In this document: in pieces, positions 35,466 through 43,690 of the stretch | Numbering within the stretch: position 1 is the stretch's first letter | Layout of the letters: the number at the start of each line of letters is the position of its first letter | Virus record (IMG/VR): IMGVR_UViG_3300045988_157190 | Coordinates: 41,562 to 105,561 of that record | Source: a virus | Strand: one strand, 5' to 3' | Length of the DNA: 64,000 bases | The notes under the pieces: generated by a model | What the model saw: the letters and a program-made list of their open reading frames with translations, nothing else | What the model was told of the DNA's origin: nothing | Databases searched by the model: none | Made by a program: the position numbers and the translations under genes

Positions 35466-36206
35466 ATGTTTGATAGTTTTAAATTATATGTAGATTTGGA
35501 TTTGGAGAAAGCCAAAAGCGCGGTATCAGAGCAACAATCTCCATACGCAAACATGGTATTTTCCGGTGTCGCTTCCGATTCTTCAAAAGATGATGAAGAA
35601 GAAGTCTTAGAGCCGTCCGGGTTTATATATGATAGATTTTTGAAATCCGGTTTGTTTAACCTCGATCATTTGCCCACACGTTCACCTATTAACAAAAGTC
35701 GTTTTTGGATTGGTGAACCTATTGAAGCCTATGTGAAAGACAATAAGTTTTTTGTAAAAGGTAAATTGTGGGAAAAGTCGCCGGAAGCCCGTGCTTTTTG
35801 GGATAAGGCAATTGAAATGCAAGAATCGGGTTCGACAAGAAAACCGGGTATGAGCGTAGAAGGTAAGGCGTTGGAACGGGATAAGAAAAACCCTAAAAGA
35901 GTGACAAAAGCTCTTATTACAAACATTGCTCTTACAATGACACCGGTCAACACTAAGACCTATTTGGATATCGAAAAAAGTAAGGGTGGTAATGTGAATG
36001 ATTTGTTGGAAATACAAAAATCAACTATTCTTTTTGAATATTGTACAGAGAATGGACTTGTCCAGATTGACAATAATTTCAAGGTGAATTTTCAAAAATC
36101 ACATTCTTTTGATGTTGATGCTTTTTGGGAAATTTATCGTGCAGTTCAAGAAGGTAGGGTTGAAAAAAGTGTTTTAGATACATTCGTAGAAAAAGTTCGA
36201 CAATAA
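35466..36206 (+). CDS. prohead (capsid maturation) protease, HK97/S78-like
   Basis: VFSGVASDSSKDDEEEV ... FNLDHL ... KPGMSVEGKAL fits the His/Ser arrangement of prohead proteases. It sits just before the scaffold and capsid genes. Confidence 0.6.
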   Translation: MFDSFKLYVDLDLEKAKSAVSEQQSPYANMVFSGVASDSSKDDEEEVLEPSGFIYDRFLKSGLFNLDHLPTRSPINKSRFWIGEPIEAYVKDNKFFVKGKLWEKSPEARAFWDKAIEMQESGSTRKPGMSVEGKALERDKKNPKRVTKALITNIALTMTPVNTKTYLDIEKSKGGNVNDLLEIQKSTILFEYCTENGLVQIDNNFKVNFQKSHSFDVDAFWEIYRAVQEGRVEKSVLDTFVEKVRQ

Positions 36207-36223
36207 TTTTTATACATAATGTT

Positions 36224-36910
36224 ATGGTAGACGTAAAAGAATTTAAAGACGATCCGTTATACAAGGCACTTGAAAATTCTGGTTTCAGTGCAGAAGATAT
36301 CGCTACTATGGTGGAGAACGGAGATGTAACTTTTGAAAAATCGAAAAGTGTTGCCGATATGAAAGAATCCGAAAAGAAGGAGGACAAGAATATCGGCAAT
36401 GACAAAAAGCACATTGACGATTTGAAGAAGGACGAAAAAGAGGATAAAAAAGACAAGAAGGACTTGAAAGAGGACATCAAAGAGAAAGAAGACAAAGTTG
36501 AGAAATCTTTCTCTATGGATGATATGAAGGCTTTCGGTGCTTCTTTGGCTGCTAACATCGTTAAGGGCATGACAGAAGTCATGAACGAACGTTTTGGCAA
36601 TATTGAAAAGTCTTTGGAATCTTTCGGTGCGCAGACACCTTCTTTTAAGGGAGTGCAGACTTCTGCTGTTTTGGAAAAATCCATGAAGCCGGAAGTGGAC
36701 GAAGATGGTAAGACACTTCTTTCTGTCACAAAACAACGTCCTTTGGTGATGGCAGCTATCAACAAGGCTGTTGAAAACGCCGGTGAAGAACTTGAAAAGT
36801 CGATTGGTGATGATGCTCTGATTTTCTTGGCAGACAGTCAGGCTGAAACCATTGGACAGGATTTGGCAAAATTCATGTACGAAAAGTACAACATCAAGTT
36901 CCAGAAGTAA
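36224..36910 (+). CDS. scaffolding protein
   Basis: 228 aa, very K/E/D-rich (KKEDKNIGNDKKHIDDLKKDEKEDKKDKKDLKEDIKEKEDK). Located between the protease and capsid genes. Confidence 0.55.
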   Translation: MVDVKEFKDDPLYKALENSGFSAEDIATMVENGDVTFEKSKSVADMKESEKKEDKNIGNDKKHIDDLKKDEKEDKKDKKDLKEDIKEKEDKVEKSFSMDDMKAFGASLAANIVKGMTEVMNERFGNIEKSLESFGAQTPSFKGVQTSAVLEKSMKPEVDEDGKTLLSVTKQRPLVMAAINKAVENAGEELEKSIGDDALIFLADSQAETIGQDLAKFMYEKYNIKFQK

Positions 36911-36949
36911 GAAGTAATTCGATCGAATAAATATAAAGATTATAGAAAG

Positions 36950-38458
36950 ATGGACTTGTATAACTATAATGATTTAGCTGCTTTTGGCGGTGCTGGTAAT
37001 GTTGCCGATGTGTTGAAAGCAATGGAAGCCGGTTTACAAACCGGTATGCAGTACGACAATCAGATCAACAATGGTGGTGGTCTGAAAGTTGAATCTTTGG
37101 ATGCTTACATCAAGGTTTTGGCTAACCGCTTGAACCAGTTGGTTGTTTACAACGAAATGCCGAAACAGAGAATTGAGAATACGGTTCACCAGTACAACCA
37201 GTTGTACAAATATGGTGAAGAAATTGGTATTTTCAATCTTGAAGGTGAAACACCGGAAGAAACAGATACTCAATACATCCGTAAGTCAATCATCTCTAAG
37301 TTTATGGGCGTTACAGGACAGGTAACTGATCCGGCTATGCTTGCTAAACTTGCCGGTGGTATGAACATGTACACTCGTGAGGTACAGAATAAGACCACTT
37401 TGCTTTTGACTTTGATTGACACTCGTTTGACGGATGCTGATTCTACTTGTATCGCAGAACAGTTTGATGGCATCTTCCGTCAGCACATGATGGGTGTAGC
37501 TGCTACTGACCGTGGTTCTACGGAAGGTATGAGCACAGAACAGATTTTGGATGCTTACTATGGCTCACAGGCTGTGATTGATGCACAGAATGGTATCTTG
37601 ACTGATGCTTTGGTTGAAGATGCTGCTGATCGCGTTGTAAACGTTTACAACGGTTATATCGACCGTATCGTTTCTGCACCGGTTGTGTTCAACAACTATG
37701 TGAAGAAATTCCATGAATCAAAACGCGTTGTTGTTGGCATGTCTAACAGCGTTGTAGGCGCAACAATGGGACAGTCTGTAAACGACATCATGACGCAGTT
37801 CGGTAAGGTTGCTGTTAAAACAGACAAGTTCTTTGACGTTCGCCGTCCGATCAAGGCTTCTGCTACAGCTTCTTCTCCGAAGGCTCCGGGTATTCCTGTT
37901 GCTGGTGGAACTAAGTCTGTTGTTGTTGCCGATACAAAAACCAACTTCGTATTACATGCCGGCTCTTATGGCTACTTGGTAACAGCTAAGAACCGTTATG
38001 GTGAATCTGCTCCTTTGAAATTGACGGATACTGCTCTGGCAGTTGCAGCTAATCAGTCTGTAGATTTGCAGTGGACAGCTCCAGTTGGAGGTGCTTATGC
38101 TCCTACTTGCTACGTTGTTTATCGTACTAAGAAAGTAACTGCTTTGACAGATACGACAGAATACTATCCTATCTTCACTATTCCGGCTTCTATGCTGGCT
38201 GCTGGATATGATGGTGCTGCTGCAACAAAAGTACGTGACCGTAACCGTATCATTGCAGGTACGAAGTCTGCTCTGATTTACTATAACGACAGCCAGATCA
38301 ACGAATACTTGCAGTTTGGTGACACTCGCAAACTTGACTTTGCAATCACCGCTCCGTCTCGCAGATTCGCTATCTTGAACTACGGTACTCCAGTTCTGTA
38401 TCAGTCGGCTAAGATTTGCCGTATTATCAATATCGGTGATGAAGGTTTGGGTGCATAA
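36950..38458 (+). CDS. major capsid protein
   Basis: 502 aa after protease and scaffold, followed by a strong hairpin terminator. Gly/Ala/Thr-rich composition and biased codon usage suggest high expression. Confidence 0.65.
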   Translation: MDLYNYNDLAAFGGAGNVADVLKAMEAGLQTGMQYDNQINNGGGLKVESLDAYIKVLANRLNQLVVYNEMPKQRIENTVHQYNQLYKYGEEIGIFNLEGETPEETDTQYIRKSIISKFMGVTGQVTDPAMLAKLAGGMNMYTREVQNKTTLLLTLIDTRLTDADSTCIAEQFDGIFRQHMMGVAATDRGSTEGMSTEQILDAYYGSQAVIDAQNGILTDALVEDAADRVVNVYNGYIDRIVSAPVVFNNYVKKFHESKRVVVGMSNSVVGATMGQSVNDIMTQFGKVAVKTDKFFDVRRPIKASATASSPKAPGIPVAGGTKSVVVADTKTNFVLHAGSYGYLVTAKNRYGESAPLKLTDTALAVAANQSVDLQWTAPVGGAYAPTCYVVYRTKKVTALTDTTEYYPIFTIPASMLAAGYDGAAATKVRDRNRIIAGTKSALIYYNDSQINEYLQFGDTRKLDFAITAPSRRFAILNYGTPVLYQSAKICRIINIGDEGLGA

Positions 38459-38490
38459 CTAAGACGTATTTAGTCTCGGAATTTTATAAA

Positions 38491-38535
38491 GGGAGGGAAA
38501 GGTTTTTGAAACACCTTCCTCTCCCTATTTTATTT
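38491..38535 (+). terminator. terminator candidate after the capsid gene
   Basis: gggagggaaagg ... ccttcctctccc is an imperfect stem followed by TATTTTATTT. Confidence 0.55.
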
Positions 38536-38555
38536 ATCAATAAATCATATTTCGT

Positions 38556-39122
38556 ATGAAAAAGATTGTATCAACAGTATATAAAAACACTACCATTCAG
38601 TTTTTGAATGAGCTTGTGGAGTTTGAAAACGGGAAAGCCGAAGTAAAGGACGAAACTTGGGAATACATCAAAAATGGCGGTTTCTCCGGTATTGCTTTGG
38701 AAGAAGAAGCTAATACGCTTGAAAAGGAAAAATCTGAATCTGAAAAAGATACTGATGAAGCTCTGAAAGTTCTGAAAGAAGAATACGAGTTTGAAATTGC
38801 TCGTTTGAACGGTATTATCAAAGATAAGAACAAGAAAATCGAACAATTGGAGCAGTCTATTGACGTTTGGAAAAAAGAGGTTGAAAGACTGTCTAACGGT
38901 GGTCAGCCGAAAGAAACTGTGGAAGAACCGGTTAAAGAAGAAGCCGGCGCAACAGAAGAAGAAATTGCTTCTTTAAAGGAAGATATGTCTAAAATGACTT
39001 TTGAGGATTTGAAGGCACTTGCTATTGAAAACGGAATGAGCAAACAGAAAGCCGGAAGATTCAAAGAAGAAAGTCAGAAAGATGAACTGATTGATGCTAT
39101 AATTGCGTTACCCAAAAAGTAA
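38556..39122 (+). CDS. acidic coiled-coil protein with a SAP/Rho-N-like C-terminal motif
   Basis: MTFEDLKALAIENGMSKQKAGRFKEESQKDELIDAI resembles a Rho_N/SAP helix-extension-helix. Confidence 0.55.
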   Translation: MKKIVSTVYKNTTIQFLNELVEFENGKAEVKDETWEYIKNGGFSGIALEEEANTLEKEKSESEKDTDEALKVLKEEYEFEIARLNGIIKDKNKKIEQLEQSIDVWKKEVERLSNGGQPKETVEEPVKEEAGATEEEIASLKEDMSKMTFEDLKALAIENGMSKQKAGRFKEESQKDELIDAIIALPKK

Positions 39123-39137
39123 AAAAGACATTAAGTT

Positions 39138-39944
39138 ATGCCGGGACAACTGATTTTTACAGTAAAGTACAAGAAAAATACGGGTTCTGTCATTTCCGTT
39201 GCGGAGATGTGGAACAATTACCTGTACGGTATCGCTATACAAGCCGGTACGGGGACTTCTTTTTCTGATGAATCACTTAGAACTTATTTGAGTGCTGCAC
39301 AGAGAGAGATCGAGAATTATTTTAATCTCAAATTTGTAAAGCAATTAGTTGAATCGGAAACACATTCTTATTACAGAACAGATTATTTCCAACAATTTCC
39401 TATCATTCAAACTAACTGCCCGGTAAGAGTTCCACTTGCACTTACAGGTATGCTTAATAAGATGGAGCAGATTATTTACCCGCAAGGTTGGCTTAGTTGT
39501 GAGAAAGATATGGACGGGATAGGAAAACGAAGAATGAGTGTTGTTCCTACCGGTGCAAATTCGGTCAATGCGAACGCAGATGTTATCCTTACCGGAATGA
39601 CAACTCAGATAGGCTTCCAGCGGTTTACAAACATACCAGATTATTGGGATATTCAATATATAACCGGTTTTGATTTGGATAAAATGCCTGCCGATTTGAT
39701 TAATCTTGTTGGTAAACTTGCTTCGTTCGGCCCGCTTAATATTGCCGGAGATATGATATTCAGTTTACCCGGTATAGCTTCTATGCACTTGGAAATAGAT
39801 GGATTAAGACAATCTATCAACTCTACCGCTTCTGCTGAAAATGCAGGTTACGGGGCACGCTTGAAACAGTATCAAAAAGAAATAGAGGAAACTGTAGGGC
39901 GGATAAAACTCGTGTACGATGAATTTAGGTTTTTAGTATTATAA
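39138..39944 (+). CDS. hypothetical virion (head-completion/neck region) protein
   Basis: 268-aa ORF in the structural operon. Confidence 0.6.
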   Translation: MPGQLIFTVKYKKNTGSVISVAEMWNNYLYGIAIQAGTGTSFSDESLRTYLSAAQREIENYFNLKFVKQLVESETHSYYRTDYFQQFPIIQTNCPVRVPLALTGMLNKMEQIIYPQGWLSCEKDMDGIGKRRMSVVPTGANSVNANADVILTGMTTQIGFQRFTNIPDYWDIQYITGFDLDKMPADLINLVGKLASFGPLNIAGDMIFSLPGIASMHLEIDGLRQSINSTASAENAGYGARLKQYQKEIEETVGRIKLVYDEFRFLVL

Positions 39945-41227
39945 GGAGGGTAATTTGTTTATTTTGTTTTTATTGAAATTTCAAATAGTAAAATTGATTG
40001 ATGAGATTGGTTGAAAAACATATTGTTAAAGATAACCGATTTGAAGATATTTGCCTCAAATCAGGATTGCTATATAATTATGTCCTGTATAATGTGCGTC
40101 AAGGTATCTTCAATAAAGAATATCTGAAAGAATATGATCTTTCTACTAAACTTTGCAAAGAAAATCAATTTGATTTTAGAAATTTGCCATCATCTATTTC
40201 TCAGCAAGTAGTTGGACAAGTATTCAAGTCTATCAATTCTTGGATAAAGTTGAAAAAGGATTTTGGAAAGAATCCAGCTAAACACAACAATCGTAAGCCT
40301 CACCTTCCTTCTTACAAGAAAGGAAAGAAACAGAATATGGTAGTCTTTACAACTTCTGCTTGTAGAATCAAAGATGGATATATTTACTTCGTTAAAAATA
40401 TCATTCAACCAATTAAAACTAAAATAGGAAACAATAAACTATGTCAAGTTAGAATTATACCACAAGCTACTTGTTATGTAGTTGAAGTGATTTACGAAAA
40501 GAAAGAACAGGATTTGAATTTAAACAAAGATAATGTTCTTTCGATTGATTTGGGATTGAATAATTTATGTTCATGTATTAACAATGCAGGAAAACAACCT
40601 TTCATTGTAAACGGACATATTATCAAATCTTTTAATCAGTGGTACAATAAGAGAAAAGCTAAATTAATGTCTTTTGCAGGAGACAAAGGGACTTCAAAAA
40701 GACTTAGACAACTTAACAATTATAGGAATTTTTGGATAGAAGATCATATCCATAAGGTTAGTAGATTTATTATAAACTATTGTATTGACAATAATATCGG
40801 TAGTCTTGTAGTAGGACTGAATAAAGGATGGAAACAGAAAATTAATCTTGGAAAGAAAACAAACCAGAAATTTGTTGAGATTCCTTTTTCAAGGCTTATA
40901 GATAAAATTTCCTATAAATGCAAATTAGTTGGAATTAGTTTTTATCTTAGTGAAGAATCATACACATCAAAGGTTGATCATTTAGCTTTTGAAGAATTAG
41001 GAAAACATGACGCTTACTTAGGCAAAAGAAAGAAACGTGGGTTGTTCCAAAGTTCTGTAAATAAATTGATTAACGCAGATATCAATGGAGCTATTGGAAT
41101 AGGTAGAAAAGTATTCAGTGATTCTTATGTAAGTAGGATAATTGATAGTGGGTTAGCGTTTACCCCGGTCAAAGTAAACATTGCATAGTGTGGAAATTTG
41201 ATAAATGAAATTTAAAATTTTAGTAAC
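39945..41227 (+). mobile_element. minimal tnpB-only insertion between two structural genes
   Basis: tnpB copy 3 fills the whole gap between the stop at 39944 and the GTG at 41228. Only 56 nt of 5' flank and 39 nt of 3' flank remain. The 5' flank shares TTTTGTTTTTA ... GAAATTTCAAATA with copy 2. Confidence 0.45.
40001..41188 (+). CDS. tnpB: TnpB-like RuvC nuclease, copy 3 (intact)
   Basis: MRLVEKHIV ..., LSIDLGLNNL, SEESYTSK and INADINGAIGIGRKV. It is closest to copy 1 (KRGLFQSSV.KLINAD). There are no Cys residues between RuvC-II and RuvC-III. Confidence 0.85.
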   Translation: MRLVEKHIVKDNRFEDICLKSGLLYNYVLYNVRQGIFNKEYLKEYDLSTKLCKENQFDFRNLPSSISQQVVGQVFKSINSWIKLKKDFGKNPAKHNNRKPHLPSYKKGKKQNMVVFTTSACRIKDGYIYFVKNIIQPIKTKIGNNKLCQVRIIPQATCYVVEVIYEKKEQDLNLNKDNVLSIDLGLNNLCSCINNAGKQPFIVNGHIIKSFNQWYNKRKAKLMSFAGDKGTSKRLRQLNNYRNFWIEDHIHKVSRFIINYCIDNNIGSLVVGLNKGWKQKINLGKKTNQKFVEIPFSRLIDKISYKCKLVGISFYLSEESYTSKVDHLAFEELGKHDAYLGKRKKRGLFQSSVNKLINADINGAIGIGRKVFSDSYVSRIIDSGLAFTPVKVNIA

Positions 41228-42019
41228 GTGGCAAAGAGTATTTTACAAACACCGGTTCCGCCTTTGAGTAATGCAAGTCCTGAATTTATACGTTCAGAGT
41301 TTGATTCTGCCGTTTATTTGAAAGGGTATGAGGTGATATTGGAAAAGGCGTTAAGATGTCCTTGTAATGCACCGGATGCGCCTTTAGTGGATTGCCAGAA
41401 TTGTTTTGGTACAGGTTATTTTTATATCAATCCTACAAACACTCATGCTCTTATAACCGGCATAAACGGGGATAATAGTTACAAACGTTGGTCAGAAGAA
41501 CTGATAGGAACAATTAACGTAACGGTAACAGACGTTGATAAACCCAATTTAGGATATTTTGACCGGATCACAATTTTAAAAGAGTTCTCTTACTTTAGTG
41601 AAAATTTGTCTGTAAGAACGGATGGGGAGAACTTTTTTGTGTTTACGACTTACAAACCATTGAGCATTTATAGCATACATGTGTTTGAATCGTCTACAGA
41701 GCCTTTGAGACAGCTTTCTCCGGCAGATTATAAGATAAGTGATACAAACCCTTATTGCGTAATTTTGACGGCTGATATGTCTTTAAATCCGGTTGTAAGC
41801 ATTTATTACCAGCATCAATTGGAATTTCATGTATTGGACTTTCCTCATGAAGTTCGGGCTTCTTGGAAGAAAAACAAGGAAACGGGACAGTTGGAAAGAA
41901 CAAGACTTCCTATTCAAGCAGTGGCAAGAAGGACACATTTGATTGTGTCTGAAAAACCTAATTTTGATGGATCGGGAGTTATTTTGAATGATAATATTCA
42001 AATGAAAATTAGTGAGTAA
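41228..42019 (+). CDS. hypothetical structural protein with a CPC ... CQNC cluster
   Basis: 263-aa ORF with a GTG start, in the structural operon. Confidence 0.6.
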   Translation: MAKSILQTPVPPLSNASPEFIRSEFDSAVYLKGYEVILEKALRCPCNAPDAPLVDCQNCFGTGYFYINPTNTHALITGINGDNSYKRWSEELIGTINVTVTDVDKPNLGYFDRITILKEFSYFSENLSVRTDGENFFVFTTYKPLSIYSIHVFESSTEPLRQLSPADYKISDTNPYCVILTADMSLNPVVSIYYQHQLEFHVLDFPHEVRASWKKNKETGQLERTRLPIQAVARRTHLIVSEKPNFDGSGVILNDNIQMKISE

Positions 42020-42786
42020 TGGTAGTACCTATCAACATAGATTTAAGTGATCTGGTGGAAGAATTTGATCTTTCACAGGATCAATCTACGTTTTTAGGTG
42101 CTTCTATTATAGATGCTGTTATAACTGAATATCAGCTTAGGTGGGAAAATCTAATAAACCGGGAACTTCGTATTACAAGAAATGAGTATAAAAGGGGAGT
42201 TTTCATTGAAAGAGAATCCCCTTTGTCAGTTACGTTCGGGTTGACAAACAGGGCTTCTTCTATTCCTTTGATGATAGAAGAAGGACAGCCGCCTTTTGAC
42301 GAAAAGGAAGGTTTTAGAAATTCCCCAAAAAGAAAGATTGCACAGGATGGAGGTTGGTATATAGATATTCCCTTTAGACATGCAACGCCGGAAGCTGTAG
42401 CGGATTCGGGATTGTTTGCTTCTATAATGCCGCAACAAATTTACAACGCAGTTCAGAAGACAGGAAGATTAGGAAGTGGTAATTTACCAGAAAGTTTTTC
42501 TGAAAAAGGGCAGAGACAAGCAATAAATAGGCTGGGTGTAAACAAACCGGCTTATATGCATAAAGCATCTATTTATGAAGGGCTGACTAAAGTAAATATT
42601 GCTTCTACTGAAAAAGAAAAGAGAAGCGGTTACTTTACATGGAGAAGGGTGAGTGAAAACTCTGATCCTAATAGTTGGTGGAATGGCGGTATTGTTCCAT
42701 ATAAACTTATGGACAAAGCTCTTGAACAAGCGAAGATAGATGTTGTTGCAGACAAAGTGATTGATCAATTTTTAAATGCAATGTAA
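42019..42786 (+). CDS. hypothetical structural protein
   Basis: 255 aa. ATGA-type overlap with the previous gene. Confidence 0.6.
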   Translation: MVVPINIDLSDLVEEFDLSQDQSTFLGASIIDAVITEYQLRWENLINRELRITRNEYKRGVFIERESPLSVTFGLTNRASSIPLMIEEGQPPFDEKEGFRNSPKRKIAQDGGWYIDIPFRHATPEAVADSGLFASIMPQQIYNAVQKTGRLGSGNLPESFSEKGQRQAINRLGVNKPAYMHKASIYEGLTKVNIASTEKEKRSGYFTWRRVSENSDPNSWWNGGIVPYKLMDKALEQAKIDVVADKVIDQFLNAM

Positions 42787-42788
42787 CG

Positions 42789-43487
42789 ATGCTACAGATA
42801 GTCAAAATAAAAAAGATAGTGGAAGCCTGTTTGGAATATGTACAAACGGACTTCGAAAGTAAAACGAATGAAAAGGATTCTTTCTTGTACAAAGTGTTGG
42901 GAGATACACAGGACGGCTCTTTCAACTACTATGAACAGGCAAAAAATATCTTTCTAAGAAAGGAAACAAATCCGAACAACATAAAGGTAGCTTTGGAATA
43001 TCCGAAAGATAAAACAGGGCTGCCGGCATACATTATTCGTGAACCCGGGAAAACAGGTGGCATTGCCAATTCCATAGGTAAAATAGAATCTTTTATGGGT
43101 GGCGTTCCTATGTACAGGGACACAAGACAGTACGGATTGGAAATCATGTGCTTTTCTGTAAACATGAATGAATCAATCCTGATGTCAGAGATTCTGTACG
43201 CATTACTACTTGGCTCTTGGGATACTTTGGCTTCACAGTTCCTTAAAATAGAATTTACCATGAAGGAGCTTATGATGCAAAACAATCTGATGCCGACACC
43301 TATTTTCATTCGTTCTATCGGACTTGATTTATCGTCAGAAGAAATAGTACCGGGATTGGTGGATACGTCTTTACTCGGAAAGATCATCTTTGGGAAAGTG
43401 AATCAAGTGGATAGCATTGCTCTTGGTGACCCGACTTCTATTGACGGACTTCCAGGTGTAGAATCAGAAATTGTGGGGTTCAGATAG
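42789..43487 (+). CDS. hypothetical structural protein
   Basis: 232 aa, 2 nt after the previous stop. Confidence 0.6.
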   Translation: MLQIVKIKKIVEACLEYVQTDFESKTNEKDSFLYKVLGDTQDGSFNYYEQAKNIFLRKETNPNNIKVALEYPKDKTGLPAYIIREPGKTGGIANSIGKIESFMGGVPMYRDTRQYGLEIMCFSVNMNESILMSEILYALLLGSWDTLASQFLKIEFTMKELMMQNNLMPTPIFIRSIGLDLSSEEIVPGLVDTSLLGKIIFGKVNQVDSIALGDPTSIDGLPGVESEIVGFR

Positions 43488-43690
43488 TTCGTTGATTGAA
43501 AAATGATTACCTTTGAGGTAGTTTGATTTATGTGTAAGAATTAATTAATACATTTAATTATTAGATTTTTGTCGTAATTACTTAAAATAATTGTTTTGAA
43601 GTTTTTTGCAAATTAATTGATTTAATTTTTGAATGTGTTTTTAAATAAAATCAAATAATAATTCGATAACAAATTGAAAATCAATAAATT

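Noticed and set aside
36079-36765. A 228-aa minus-strand ORF (and 36257..36736) opposite the scaffold gene
   Set aside because: It is a Ser/Phe/Leu-rich mirror image of the K/E/D-rich scaffold coding strand. It sits antisense inside a coherent plus-strand operon and has no independent start context.
43488-43690. A promoter call for the sheath gene from the TACCTTTG box at 43508-43515
   Set aside because: The box lies 175 nt upstream of the ATG in a very AT-rich spacer where such matches arise by chance. It is not reported as a feature.
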